Shown here: one piece after another, positions 28,950 through 37,773 of the stretch
Numbering within the stretch: position 1 is the stretch's first letter
Layout of the letters: each line of letters opens with the position of its first letter
Origin: a virus
Lineage: Duplodnaviria; Heunggongvirae; Uroviricota; Caudoviricetes
Length of the DNA: 64,000 nt
IMG/VR virus record: IMGVR_UViG_3300003691_000003
Location: 14,097-78,096 of that record
Strand: one strand, 5' to 3'
Notes under the pieces: model-generated
What the model was told of the DNA's origin: nothing
What the model saw: only the letters and a program-made list of their open reading frames with translations
The model's database searches: none
Program-made: the position numbers and the translations under genes

Positions 28950-28974
28950 TGGTATAAGTATACTGAGGAAATGT
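28950..28974 (+). promoter_or_regulatory. extended -10 promoter copy 6
   Basis: TGGTATAAGTATACTGAGGAAATG. Confidence 0.5.
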
Positions 28975-29009
28975 TACTATAAATGAACTAATACAGAAGG
29001 ATGTAGGAA

Positions 29010-29366
29010 ATGCAATGCAATTGTGATCAAGCACTTGACCTGATTAAGCAACGGGACAATATTAAAAAAAGATACTTAACTTTGTTGGATGATATAATGG
29101 AATACGGTATATCTGAAAGCACAGGAAAAGGTGTACACGTACGGGCTAGAATCAAAGCGTTTAGAAAAGATATACAACAGACCATACCTTGTAGTAGACA
29201 TGAGTTGACCAAATGGCTATTAGACAATGGACACGATAGAGAGTTGGACATGGTTAACATATATAGTAGAGGGGCTGCTATCCACATTAGTTTTGAAGAT
29301 TGCGTTTGTGCGGTAGTACCTCAGTTATACCAGAAGTTCTTACTAGAAAATGTAAGGGCTGCATAA
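29010..29366 (+). CDS. hypothetical Cys-containing protein
   Basis: 118-aa ORF downstream of promoter copy 6. Confidence 0.45.
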   Translation: MQCNCDQALDLIKQRDNIKKRYLTLLDDIMEYGISESTGKGVHVRARIKAFRKDIQQTIPCSRHELTKWLLDNGHDRELDMVNIYSRGAAIHISFEDCVCAVVPQLYQKFLLENVRAA

Positions 29367-29430
29367 TAAATCAAGGGACTAGTTAAGTAGTCAGTTCCTA
29401 TTTTATTTTCACTAATAAAGGGATACCGAA

Positions 29431-29658
29431 ATGGAATTACGAGAATATATGGTAGGTCAAGAGATAATGGTTAGTCCGGCTGAAGGGGAAACTGAGGATG
29501 GTAAGAAGTTATTCCAACACTGTGCTAACGGTCATACCGAAGTATACAAGAACGTTTTTGAAAAGGAAGTCGAGCCCCTGCTAATAATGCATGGTGTATC
29601 TTTTATCACCACGGATCTAGAACATAGAACTGAAGTAAGACAGCATGAGAGAGAATAA
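29431..29658 (+). CDS. hypothetical protein
   Basis: 75-aa ORF. Confidence 0.4.
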   Translation: MELREYMVGQEIMVSPAEGETEDGKKLFQHCANGHTEVYKNVFEKEVEPLLIMHGVSFITTDLEHRTEVRQHERE

Positions 29659-29694
29659 GCATGCGATGCCATAGAATTTAAATGAGGAAGTACT

Positions 29695-29991
29695 ATGAAA
29701 TTTCAAAAAGATGAAAGAGATCAGCTAGGTGGCTGGGCTCCTGGGAATTACACCAGCGTATGTATGTACTGCGAGGTAGAGTTTCTGGGGGATAAAAGAG
29801 CCATAAGCTGTGCTGACTGCGTGTATGACCGTAACGCCCTTGCCGTCAAAACAGAGGAAGAACTAGCTCATAAATTGGGTCAATTCGGACCGGACATGTT
29901 TGATATAAGCGTAAAAGAATCTGCTCCACCTCATGTACACAAAGCTTTTGCTGAGGGCGTTTCTAGGCGCATTGCCGACACCGGGCAATGA
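29695..29991 (+). CDS. hypothetical zinc-ribbon protein
   Basis: 98 aa with CMYCEVEF...CADCVYDRN. Confidence 0.45.
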   Translation: MKFQKDERDQLGGWAPGNYTSVCMYCEVEFLGDKRAISCADCVYDRNALAVKTEEELAHKLGQFGPDMFDISVKESAPPHVHKAFAEGVSRRIADTGQ

Positions 29992-30200
29992 CAGGCTCAT
30001 TTATAGGCGTATGTACAATTCTACCAGAACACATGAGCGCACAAGAATGTCCTTACTGCCCTAATGAAGGATACTCTGTAGTACCTAACAGGTACACTGG
30101 AGAGCCTGAGCAAGAACAGTGTGAATTTTGCTATACAGTTCCAACTAGTATTTTTAATCTAAATAATAATAAGGACCAACATGAATCAACCTACAAGTGA
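29988..30200 (+). CDS. hypothetical Cys-containing protein
   Basis: 70 aa with ATGA overlap and the pattern CPYCPNEGY...CEFC. Confidence 0.4.
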   Translation: MTGSFIGVCTILPEHMSAQECPYCPNEGYSVVPNRYTGEPEQEQCEFCYTVPTSIFNLNNNKDQHESTYK

Positions 30201-30335
30201 TGAAGTTCTTGTAGAGCTGTTAGGGCAAGAGGTAGATCGCTTAACCTTAACAGTCTCTATGCAGATGGACTTTATAAAAAGACAGCATAGAAAAATTAAA
30301 CGCCTTAATGAAGAGAGTAGGGCTAAGGATAAACC

Positions 30336-30725
30336 TTGAAAGTAATATGCAACTATTGCAATGAAGAAGCCGTTCTGGTCCAGGGTAGTCAGCTTTTTTC
30401 CCATATACCTAAGTTAAAAAATAAACTATTTTGGAAATGCTATCCATGTGCAGCACATGTAGGCTGTCCTGAGGGTTCTAGAAAACCTCATGGGTCACTG
30501 GCTAAATCTGAACTCAGAAAGCTTAGAATGAAATGTCATGCTAAATTAGACCCTCTGTGGAGAAATACTTCAGATTCTAGAAGTGACATATACGCCATAC
30601 TCGCTATAAACATGGGGTTGACCAAAGAGGTATGTCACATAGGCATGTTCAACGAGAGTACTTGTGATCACGCTATGATGGTCATAGACCAGATGTCCAT
30701 GGAGAGGTCTAGAAATGTTTGTTAG
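30336..30725 (+). CDS. zinc-finger protein
   Basis: 129 aa with CNYCNEEAVL...CYPCAAHVGC...C...C. Confidence 0.5.
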   Translation: MKVICNYCNEEAVLVQGSQLFSHIPKLKNKLFWKCYPCAAHVGCPEGSRKPHGSLAKSELRKLRMKCHAKLDPLWRNTSDSRSDIYAILAINMGLTKEVCHIGMFNESTCDHAMMVIDQMSMERSRNVC

Positions 30726-30888
30726 AAATAATATACCAAATGTAAAGTGTAGTTTTTGTGATAAAACATTGATACTATTACCTGATGGAAAACCGATGTC
30801 AAAATATTACACTATGGATCTATCAGAGATGTATTGTTCTGCTAGATGCAGCTTAAACATGTATGAGGAGAAGAAACGAAATGGTTAA
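30715..30888 (+). CDS. small zinc-ribbon ORF (uncertain)
   Basis: 57-aa ORF (MFVRNNIPNVKCSFCDK...CSARCS), not in the six-frame track. It overlaps both neighbours. Confidence 0.25.
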   Translation: MFVRNNIPNVKCSFCDKTLILLPDGKPMSKYYTMDLSEMYCSARCSLNMYEEKKRNG

Positions 30889-31126
30889 AGAAGTTTATAT
30901 ATCGGAAGTAGAAGTACATCGCTGTGTTATAAATCTAGATGGGGCAATTGCCGTAGTAGGCATTCCTTGTCATTTCAAAAAGGAAAATGGAGAAGTTATT
31001 AGTATAATTACAGACCCTTTCCCTCGTAGAGAAGAGGCGTTGGCTGCAGAAGCTAGGCTCCACTCCTATGTTGCCTCCTGTCAAGAAGTAAGACGCTTCC
31101 GGGTAGAGTCTAACAAAGGAACGTAG
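30881..31126 (+). CDS. hypothetical protein
   Basis: GAGGAG RBS before the ATG at 30881. A terminator follows at 31127-31150. Confidence 0.4.
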   Translation: MVKEVYISEVEVHRCVINLDGAIAVVGIPCHFKKENGEVISIITDPFPRREEALAAEARLHSYVASCQEVRRFRVESNKGT

Positions 31127-31150
31127 AAAGGGACTATACCCTTTCTTTTA
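31127..31150 (+). terminator. terminator with the conserved CCCTTTCTTTTAGC flank
   Basis: AAAGGG-actata-CCCTTT then CTTTTAGC. Confidence 0.5.
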
Positions 31151-31211
31151 GCCATTTAATATGTCACAATACTGTTGAATTTATAAACGATGACTAAATG
31201 AGGATATTATT

Positions 31212-31541
31212 ATGTTGGGTTCAACAGATCAGGAATTACCTAAGTACGTAAGCCATAAAGCTTTAGAAGCTATTAAAATTGCCAGCATGGAATACCACCC
31301 TGACGGTACGGCTACATTAACCCCGGAAGACGAAGATGTATGGTCGTTCCAGGTTAGCCAAGATTTTCTTGTCGAATACTCACCTTCTATCGGTGGCTAT
31401 TACGTAAAAGATTCTGAAGGTGAAGAATTCTTCTTAGATGAAGATGATTTCGAAAACGAATATGCTAAGGTCTTTAGTTACACTATCATCGTTGACTGCG
31501 AAGACGAGTGTGACTGTGATTGCGGTGGCTGTGATGAGTAA
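31212..31541 (+). CDS. acidic protein with a C-terminal Cys cluster
   Basis: 109 aa, highly acidic, ending CEDECDCDCGGCDE. Confidence 0.45.
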   Translation: MLGSTDQELPKYVSHKALEAIKIASMEYHPDGTATLTPEDEDVWSFQVSQDFLVEYSPSIGGYYVKDSEGEEFFLDEDDFENEYAKVFSYTIIVDCEDECDCDCGGCDE

Positions 31542-32190
31542 TGATGAAGCTATCGAAGCAAAGATTAAAGAGCTAGGGCTAGATGCACCCAGGGTTACTC
31601 CCGATCGTATCGCTGAGGTCATAGTCTCGGAAGAGTTCCACGTGTTTCCAGGATCTCAACTTACAGTATGCTGTATTACCCTACTTAATGGGTTTACCGT
31701 AACTGGTACTAGCGCATGTGCTAGTCCGGAGAACTTTAACAAGAAAATGGGTGAGACCATAGCAAAGCGAAATGCTAAGGATCAAATCTGGGCTCTAGAA
31801 GGATACCTACTTAAGCAAGAGCTATATGATAATAGCGATAAAGCTTATTATGATAAAGTCATATCTACTGCAAAGATGTGCCACGAAGTTAATGCTTCTA
31901 TATGCAGGTCTTTTAGAGATTTCTCTCAAACGTCATGGGAAGACGCTCCAATGCTGATTAAGAAGTCAGCTATGGAAGGTGTTAAATTTCATGTGCTAAA
32001 CCCTGAAGCTTCTCCAGAAGATTGCCACGTTAGCTGGTATAACTACAAGAAAGCAGAAGGCTGGACGTATGGAGAGATAAAAGATTTAGAGAAAAAAGTA
32101 CACCCTAACATGGTAGCTTACGATAAGCTTAGCGAGGGTGACAAAGTTAAAGACTACGTATTTAAACAGGTAGTCGGCAGCTTGATGTAA
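31534..32190 (+). CDS. RyR-domain protein
   Basis: The start at 31534 overlaps the upstream stop. The C-terminus CHVSWYNYKKAEGWTYGEIKDLEKKVHPNMVAYDKLSEGDKVKDYVFKQVV matches the RyR (ryanodine-receptor) domain consensus (..W...GW.YG......K.HP.LV.Y..L.E.EK..D). Confidence 0.6.
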   Translation: MSNDEAIEAKIKELGLDAPRVTPDRIAEVIVSEEFHVFPGSQLTVCCITLLNGFTVTGTSACASPENFNKKMGETIAKRNAKDQIWALEGYLLKQELYDNSDKAYYDKVISTAKMCHEVNASICRSFRDFSQTSWEDAPMLIKKSAMEGVKFHVLNPEASPEDCHVSWYNYKKAEGWTYGEIKDLEKKVHPNMVAYDKLSEGDKVKDYVFKQVVGSLM

Positions 32191-32212
32191 CGAATGGGCG
32201 TAGAAAAAGGAA

Positions 32213-32238
32213 GGGGATCTTATAAGATCCCTTTTTTA
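32213..32238. terminator. bidirectional terminator between convergent genes
   Basis: Palindrome GGGATCTTATAAGATCCC followed by TTTTTT. Lies between the RyR gene (+) and the basic protein gene (-). Confidence 0.65.
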
Positions 32239-32637
32239 TTTGTAGGTCGGTCTATCTAAACTGTTTAACACATCGTGAAACTTTCTTCGTCTAACTCTCT
32301 TGTAGAGACTACCGGATGGCATGCCTTTGCCAGCTGATTCCATCATTCTTTTAACGTAGCTCGTAGATGGCTTAGTAGATTTAGCTTTCTTACTGACCCT
32401 AAGCTTTATAAATTTCATAGTCTTAGCGGACTTGGTTAGCTTAGGTATACTCAACGTAGGAGCTTGTGTAGGCCTCATCACGGACATTTTACTAGCAACG
32501 GGTAACTTAGGCTTAGATACCTTAGCTATCTTGTGAGACGCTCCAGGCTTGGTCTTAGCAGTTATGTCTTTAGTTTTCTTGGTGATCGTAGCAACGATCT
32601 TACCAAGCATAGCTTCTTTGGTTATAGTATTTTTCAT
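32236..32637 (-). CDS. highly basic (Lys/Ala/Ser/Thr-rich) protein, possibly a DNA-associated internal/histone-like protein
   Basis: 133-aa ORF convergent with the RyR gene, and the two share a terminator. KPK/KSK-type repeats. Confidence 0.5.
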   Translation of the reverse strand: MKNTITKEAMLGKIVATITKKTKDITAKTKPGASHKIAKVSKPKLPVASKMSVMRPTQAPTLSIPKLTKSAKTMKFIKLRVSKKAKSTKPSTSYVKRMMESAGKGMPSGSLYKRVRRRKFHDVLNSLDRPTYK

Positions 32638-32679
32638 ACGATTATTTTAACACAACGGGTCAATAACCTCTAATCATCT

Positions 32680-32704
32680 TGGTATAAGTATTATGTAGGG
32701 AACC
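32680..32704 (+). promoter_or_regulatory. extended -10 promoter copy 7
   Basis: TGGTATAAGTATTATGTAGGGAACC. Confidence 0.55.
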
Positions 32705-32728
32705 TAACGATAATCTGAGGAGACTATT

Positions 32729-33184
32729 ATGACACAACCTTTACTTAAAGTACCAACGCTTAACAACCTAGAAATCTTGTATGCAATCCAGGACATAAGC
32801 GAAGGAATGTATAGAGCTCTTGCTCCAATGCGAAAAGATGTATTCGAATTTAGAAAGGAATTATTAGCAGATAAGTGTAGCAGAGGGTTTACTGGAGACT
32901 TCATACTGGCTATTGAGCTTTGTAAAAAGACCAATGAATTCCGTAATTTACAAGATGAAATGAGAAGAGCCATATTGGATCTATTTCTAGAATCGCTAGT
33001 AAACGACATAGAAGAAGATATAGTAGATGATATAGATCAGTTCGACTTCAACGCTAAAGTGTCCGGAATACTTGTACTAATGTTCAAATCCAGCGAGATG
33101 ATGCCAGTAACTATAGGTAAAGAACTCTGGAAGCATACAGGCAAGATGGAGAGTATAGAGGAAACATTAAGAACCTTTCAATAA
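32729..33184 (+). CDS. hypothetical protein
   Basis: Promoter copy 7, GAGGAG RBS, 151-aa ORF. Confidence 0.5.
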   Translation: MTQPLLKVPTLNNLEILYAIQDISEGMYRALAPMRKDVFEFRKELLADKCSRGFTGDFILAIELCKKTNEFRNLQDEMRRAILDLFLESLVNDIEEDIVDDIDQFDFNAKVSGILVLMFKSSEMMPVTIGKELWKHTGKMESIEETLRTFQ

Positions 33185-33192
33185 GGTTCTTT

Positions 33193-33378
33193 TTAGTCTA
33201 GTATCTGATCGTATATTAATTGATCAGCTTCTTCTCTCATATTATCATGAGTATCCCTATTGGCTTCTAGGTGCGATTCATCTATAGGCTTCTTAGGCTT
33301 GTCCTTAGGGGCAGAGAACAACACTTTTTTGTTATTCTCTTTTTTAGCTTCTGCGATTTTCTGCAAGTATATATTCAT
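33193..33378 (-). CDS. short member of the MNIYLEKIAE family
   Basis: Starts MNIYLQKIAEAKKENNKK. The first 36 nt are nearly identical at the DNA level to the other family members. Confidence 0.45.
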   Translation of the reverse strand: MNIYLQKIAEAKKENNKKVLFSAPKDKPKKPIDESHLEANRDTHDNMREEADQLIYDQILD

Positions 33379-33882
33379 CTACTTAGCTTTCTTGTAACGT
33401 TCTTTGCTGATTTTACCAGCTTGGTACCCACCTGCGTGTATAGCACTTGCTATTGCAGCACCGGCTAATGCGTTACGATTTCGTATTTTGGTAAATTTCT
33501 TGTTGACTGATAAACCACCTGCTGTTCCACCTACGCCTGCAGCACCTACTGTTCCTAAGATAGGCTTATCCTTAGTCTTCTTAGTATCTTTTTCATATTC
33601 TGCGAACTTTAATAGTATCTGGGCTTTTTTCTCAGTCCAATCAATCTTACGATTCTTAGCTGTAACATTGCCAGATCTCATCTGAGCCAATGCATCTCTA
33701 TCACTCTTGAGAGCTGATCTGGCTTTACTAACTTGAGCTGCATCCATACCCATAGAGTTACGTGGAGGTAACGAAGTAGTCCTGACTTTAGCCTTAGGCA
33801 TTGTCTTAACCGGTGCTTTCTTAGGTGCACCTTTTACTATGCTAAGGGCTCTACTGATAAGGGATGCGCTTTTTATGATCAT
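33379..33882 (-). CDS. basic glycine-zipper protein, related in composition to the MNIYLEKIAE family
   Basis: 167 aa. Basic N-terminus, then GTVGAAGVGGTAGG and AGAAIASAIHAGGY Gly/Ala zipper segments like the 51-55 kb family members. Followed immediately by the MNIYLQKIAEAK ORF. Confidence 0.5.
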   Translation of the reverse strand: MIIKSASLISRALSIVKGAPKKAPVKTMPKAKVRTTSLPPRNSMGMDAAQVSKARSALKSDRDALAQMRSGNVTAKNRKIDWTEKKAQILLKFAEYEKDTKKTKDKPILGTVGAAGVGGTAGGLSVNKKFTKIRNRNALAGAAIASAIHAGGYQAGKISKERYKKAK

Positions 33883-33963
33883 TTTTTGAGTAATCCGAGT
33901 AAGTGTATTATTTGTATACTAAGTAGTTTAACACACTATGTGGCCAATAAACAAAGCCTACTA

Positions 33964-33988
33964 TGGTATAAGTATATTGAGGAAACAT
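33964..33988 (+). promoter_or_regulatory. extended -10 promoter copy 8
   Basis: TGGTATAAGTATATTGAGGAAACA. Confidence 0.5.
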
Positions 33989-34009
33989 TAACTTCTTAAG
34001 GAGATTACT

Positions 34010-34192
34010 ATGGACTACAGAAAATTCCATGAAGGCGTGGATAAGCTTATAGAAGAAGCGTTATTGGCTATGTCAGATAACGACATACACAGTCTTAAAT
34101 CTACGATAATATCTATGGAGTCATTAAACCGTAAGTTGAAGATAAGCAAGAATCCGCCTAATTTAAAAACGTATGTGACTATTCACAGATGA
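34010..34192 (+). CDS. hypothetical protein
   Basis: Promoter copy 8, AAGGAG RBS, 60-aa ORF. Confidence 0.4.
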   Translation: MDYRKFHEGVDKLIEEALLAMSDNDIHSLKSTIISMESLNRKLKISKNPPNLKTYVTIHR

Positions 34193-34251
34193 TGCGTGGT
34201 GCAATAAAGGAAAGAGCCCAGCTCTTTCTTTTAAATAAAAATATCACTTCC

Positions 34252-34276
34252 TGGTATAAGGGTTATGTAGAGAGCA
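34252..34276 (+). promoter_or_regulatory. extended -10 promoter copy 9
   Basis: TGGTATAAGGGTTATGTAGAGAGC. Confidence 0.5.
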
Positions 34277-34381
34277 TCAACTTCTCTATACGTCTAACAG
34301 GCATAACGAAGAGAAAAAGGTATTAGGCAGCTACCAACTGTCTAGTACTCTCTTTGGCTATATATATTATGAGGTGCACAG

Positions 34382-34576
34382 ATGAAAATATCTGCATTAG
34401 AAAAAGCTATTATAGATTCTAACAAAAAACTAGAGAGTGCTACTGCAAGAAAGCACGAACCTATTTCTTTAGGTAGAAGTATTCAAAGAATAACAGACTC
34501 AGATTGGGACTTCTCAGGAGAACGATCTACCCTAAAGGCAGTAATAGACGGGTATGATTCAGTTATAAATAAATAG
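34382..34576 (+). CDS. hypothetical protein
   Basis: 64-aa ORF with a GAGGTG RBS. A terminator follows. Confidence 0.4.
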   Translation: MKISALEKAIIDSNKKLESATARKHEPISLGRSIQRITDSDWDFSGERSTLKAVIDGYDSVINK

Positions 34577-34582
34577 TAAAGT

Positions 34583-34608
34583 AAGGGTTTTCATGCCCTT
34601 ATTTTTTT
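34583..34608 (+). terminator. terminator-like hairpin
   Basis: AAGGG-ttttcatg-CCCTT followed by ATTTTTTT. Confidence 0.45.
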
Positions 34609-34627
34609 ACATATCTCTATAGAAGAT

Positions 34628-34652
34628 TGGTATAAGTATAGTGAGAATAAAT
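34628..34652 (+). promoter_or_regulatory. extended -10 promoter copy 10
   Basis: TGGTATAAGTATAGTGAGAATAAA. Confidence 0.5.
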
Positions 34653-34678
34653 AACTATATCTGAGGAGATAACTAATT

Positions 34679-35059
34679 ATGAATCTTACATCTAAGGAAC
34701 TTGGTTCTAAAAAACTAGTATTAGAAATATTAACTACCGCAATATCTGAACTCATAGATGGTAGTCTAACGTCTACCGTGTTTGAATCTACACATAGCAA
34801 GTATTTCAACGAGCTTACTGACGCCCTACGTGAAGTGGAAAACGTGAAAGTAGCAGTCGAAGATCACTTGGCCAACATGAATGATTTGGCAGCGGATGAC
34901 CCTATTGCAAGCCCCGAAGAGATAAGCAGTATGTGCGTAACTCTATTCTTAGAGATGACGCAGCTTATTCCTAACAAAATCTCAATAGAGAGAAGGGGGT
35001 CTACGCCGCAAGTCAAGATAACTCTTGATAACGGATTCACAGGCAGTTCGCCAATCTAA
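34679..35059 (+). CDS. hypothetical protein
   Basis: Promoter copy 10, GAGGAG RBS, 126-aa ORF. Confidence 0.5.
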   Translation: MNLTSKELGSKKLVLEILTTAISELIDGSLTSTVFESTHSKYFNELTDALREVENVKVAVEDHLANMNDLAADDPIASPEEISSMCVTLFLEMTQLIPNKISIERRGSTPQVKITLDNGFTGSSPI

Positions 35060-35082
35060 CAAATGTTCAGGGGATACTACAA

Positions 35083-35259
35083 ATGTCAGAACAAGAATAC
35101 GCAGTACTAACTCTAGTACTACTATCGACGCTATTACTAATGATGCTAGGGATGATAATATACCTAACTTACACGGTACGGGTATGTAGAAAGAACTCTT
35201 CTAAGAGAATAGAAGCTTTAGAAAAAGTTCACCTAGAATCACTTTCTAGACGGGATTAA
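35083..35259 (+). CDS. small single-TM membrane protein (holin-like size, speculative)
   Basis: 58-aa ORF, not in the track. MSEQEYAVLTLVLLSTLLLMMLGMIIYLTYTV followed by a basic tail. Ends inside a terminator hairpin. Confidence 0.3.
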   Translation: MSEQEYAVLTLVLLSTLLLMMLGMIIYLTYTVRVCRKNSSKRIEALEKVHLESLSRRD

Positions 35260-35273
35260 TCTCCCGTTTTTTT
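35251..35273 (+). terminator. rho-independent terminator
   Basis: CGGGA-ttaatc-TCCCG followed by TTTTTTT. Confidence 0.55.
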
Positions 35274-35291
35274 AACAAAGGACTACACAAA

Positions 35292-35516
35292 ATGAAAACT
35301 GGAATGGTACTTACACTTACTTTTTTAATACTTACGGCTATATACTACTTAGAGTCTAACGCAGAGGCTAATAGTTCTGACCCCAAATCATGGGTCGATA
35401 ACATAGGTGGTTACCGTGTAATATGTATGAACGGAGTCTATTATTATCGCTTGCCCAAGTTGGCCCCTGCGTACAGACAGGACGGCACTCTTTATTTATG
35501 TGAGGTGAAAAAATGA
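35292..35516 (+). CDS. small secreted/membrane protein
   Basis: 74 aa with an N-terminal hydrophobic signal-like helix MKTGMVLTLTFLILTAIYYL. Confidence 0.45.
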   Translation: MKTGMVLTLTFLILTAIYYLESNAEANSSDPKSWVDNIGGYRVICMNGVYYYRLPKLAPAYRQDGTLYLCEVKK

Positions 35517-35800
35517 AGCGACAAGAAATGCTGCTAAGTATACTTGGGGAAGAGGGTTGTGAAGTATCCCAGCAAACTTCTAAGGCTCATAGATTTGGAC
35601 TATACAATATAAGGAATGGCTCTACTAACGCTGAAAAGTTACAGGTAGAGTTTAATGACCTTTTAGCCGTTGCAGAAATGCTCAATGAGGAGGATAATGA
35701 AATCAACCTATATCCTCGTAGAGATCTAATAGAAGCTAAAAGGAACAAGGTAGAAAAGTACTTAATTGTGTCTAAGGAATTAGGAACGTTAACGGAGTAA
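35513..35800 (+). CDS. hypothetical protein
   Basis: 95 aa with ATGA overlap. Confidence 0.45.
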   Translation: MKRQEMLLSILGEEGCEVSQQTSKAHRFGLYNIRNGSTNAEKLQVEFNDLLAVAEMLNEEDNEINLYPRRDLIEAKRNKVEKYLIVSKELGTLTE

Positions 35801-35804
35801 TAAA

Positions 35805-36275
35805 ATGAACGAAGAACAGAAAGAAGAATATTTTAACACTTTGCAAGATTGGATGCATCGCATACACATGGCAACTATAACCATGAAGGACGAAGCTATA
35901 ACTAAGGTTATTTCTGAGATCAAATCATTCTCCTGGTTGTCGGAAGGCGAGGATATAGAAGATAAGCTAAATAGGCGTATCTCTACTAAGGTCCATGCTA
36001 CTCAAGATCCCAAGTATGGGATACGGAATAACCGTTTAGTAAACATACGTTCTGGGGAAGATATACCCGAAGATGAGCCGGTGTTTTTGATGAGGGCTAA
36101 GGATGTTCTAGCCACTTCTGGAATGAGAGGGTATAGAATTTTAGTTAAGAATCATTGTCATAGTGACGATGGTGCCCACTTAGAAGCAATAGACCGTAGA
36201 ATAAACGAGTTCAGAGACTTCTCTACTAGTAACGAAGGGCTCATGCACTTACCTACTACGGAGAGAGCAGATTGA
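35805..36275 (+). CDS. hypothetical protein
   Basis: 156-aa ORF. Confidence 0.5.
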   Translation: MNEEQKEEYFNTLQDWMHRIHMATITMKDEAITKVISEIKSFSWLSEGEDIEDKLNRRISTKVHATQDPKYGIRNNRLVNIRSGEDIPEDEPVFLMRAKDVLATSGMRGYRILVKNHCHSDDGAHLEAIDRRINEFRDFSTSNEGLMHLPTTERAD

Positions 36276-36496
36276 AGATACCAGATGCCATAGTAGACTC
36301 TTTTATATCCGTCGTATACATCGTCGCCTTACTGGCTATTATCTTGGCCATTCCAGTTTCTATATTAGTATTCCTATACTATGTTGTGGACTTGATATTT
36401 GCCTTAGCATCGTCGGAGATATTTGTAAGACTGGCTATATTAGCGGTACTACTATTAAACCTAAATCAATTGCGTAAAAACAGGAAAAGAAAATGA
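36272..36496 (+). CDS. small membrane protein (two TM helices)
   Basis: 74 aa with ATGA overlap and hydrophobic helices. Confidence 0.45.
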   Translation: MKIPDAIVDSFISVVYIVALLAIILAIPVSILVFLYYVVDLIFALASSEIFVRLAILAVLLLNLNQLRKNRKRK

Positions 36497-36714
36497 ATTC
36501 AGTAGACTTTTGTTTCTGGCTACAAGGCTTCTTCGAGATCTCCAGCCTAGACTCTTTAACAGATAAGCAAGTTGAAGTAATTAAGAGCCATCTGCACTTA
36601 GTGTTTAAGCACGAAATAGACCCGTTGAGAGAATCTCAGACAGAGACTCCGACATCGGTTTTAAATAGTGTGCATCAGGTACCAGGTATTAACGACCCTT
36701 TAATTCGTTGTTGA
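36493..36714 (+). CDS. hypothetical protein
   Basis: 73 aa with ATGA overlap. Confidence 0.4.
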   Translation: MNSVDFCFWLQGFFEISSLDSLTDKQVEVIKSHLHLVFKHEIDPLRESQTETPTSVLNSVHQVPGINDPLIRC

Positions 36715-36818
36715 AACAACTCACCTTAAGGCAATGACTGAAGTCTTAGCGATACGTCGCATTTAAAAGGATTGGGCGAACCTGGTCGAAGAAGTCACAA
36801 ATAATCAAGGAGTAGATA

Positions 36819-36956
36819 ATGTATAGATTCAAATGGTATCGCAAATGGAGAGGGGGCTGTTGGTACAAGAACACCGAGCTAGGGTGGCTGCCAATAACAA
36901 AAGAAGTAAGCTGTAGATTATTTAGCGGCTACGTAGAGGACTATACCAATGACTAA
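36819..36956 (+). CDS. small protein of the F/KWYRKWRGG paralog family
   Basis: 45-aa ORF MYRFKWYRKWRGGCWY with an AAGGAG RBS. Paralogous to 37615..37773 and 37766..38086. Confidence 0.35.
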   Translation: MYRFKWYRKWRGGCWYKNTELGWLPITKEVSCRLFSGYVEDYTND

Positions 36957-37260
36957 AGTACAAAGGTATAATCTATCAAGTAGTTTGTACAGTAGGCATA
37001 AAATATATGAAAAAGAAAGCTCTAGGGGTGATTGGTGCAAAGACTCAGATGTCGAAAAGCTGGAGTTGCGTGTTAAAGAGCTTGAAGAAAATGGTATGCA
37101 GCAAGCTGTTGATAATTTATGCGATATGGCGGCTAATGAATTAAATGGGCTAGTTAGCCCAGATAACTCAACAGATAGTATTAATGCAAAACGTCACATG
37201 AGTGAATTCGCTAATAGACTTCGCAAATATAGAAATATAATCAAGGAGTCCAACCAATGA
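36949..37260 (+). CDS. hypothetical protein
   Basis: 103-aa ORF. Confidence 0.45.
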   Translation: MTKVQRYNLSSSLYSRHKIYEKESSRGDWCKDSDVEKLELRVKELEENGMQQAVDNLCDMAANELNGLVSPDNSTDSINAKRHMSEFANRLRKYRNIIKESNQ

Positions 37261-37589
37261 CAACACATAAAGAATGGGACGATGCTAAGCTGAATCTGAA
37301 AATTGCTGAGTTAGCGTTCCCTGACAGAGATAAAGATAATCCGCTAATGAATTGGCTGAACATGGAATATGATGATTATCTAGTCAACATGAATGACCTG
37401 ATGCCGTTGGTGTTTGAGCATGGGATAGAACTAAGAAAATATGAAGATAGAGATTACTGGACAGCTTACGCGAGGGGTATTGGTAGGGTTATTAAGAATG
37501 AAAACCCTGCTAGGGCGCTATGCGAATGCTTATATTTAGTGCTACTAAAAAAGTCTAAAGAGAATGACCGTGAAAATACACCTAATTAG
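37257..37589 (+). CDS. hypothetical protein that shares a domain with 39589..40278
   Basis: LKIAELAFPD...DLMPLVFEHGIEL...ARALCECLYLVLLKK parallels LGIAKLVFPQ...WSIIMPLVSKYKV...RAYAECIYLILLDSK in 39589..40278. Confidence 0.45.
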   Translation: MTTHKEWDDAKLNLKIAELAFPDRDKDNPLMNWLNMEYDDYLVNMNDLMPLVFEHGIELRKYEDRDYWTAYARGIGRVIKNENPARALCECLYLVLLKKSKENDRENTPN

Positions 37590-37614
37590 ATGTTTATAAA
37601 CTCAGGAGTAGGCA

Positions 37615-37773
37615 ATGCACATGTTCAAGCAGTACAGGAAGTGGAGAGGAGGATACTGGATACGCAGCGAGCTTTATAGCTGGCATAAGGTCAGTAAAGG
37701 ACAATTGGATAGTTACCGGATCTGTGCGGCTTGTTACGGAGGCATAAACGTGTGGGAGGACTATAGTGAATAG
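37615..37773 (+). CDS. small protein of the WYRKWRGG family
   Basis: 52-aa ORF MHMFKQYRKWRGGYWIRSE with a CAACYGG motif. AGGAGT RBS. Confidence 0.35.
   Translation: MHMFKQYRKWRGGYWIRSELYSWHKVSKGQLDSYRICAACYGGINVWEDYSE

Noticed and set aside
33193-33243. Near-palindrome TGATCGTATATTAATTGATCA between convergent genes at 33195-33215
   Set aside because: The loop is 11 nt with no T-tract, so it is not a convincing terminator. It may be a minor structural element only.
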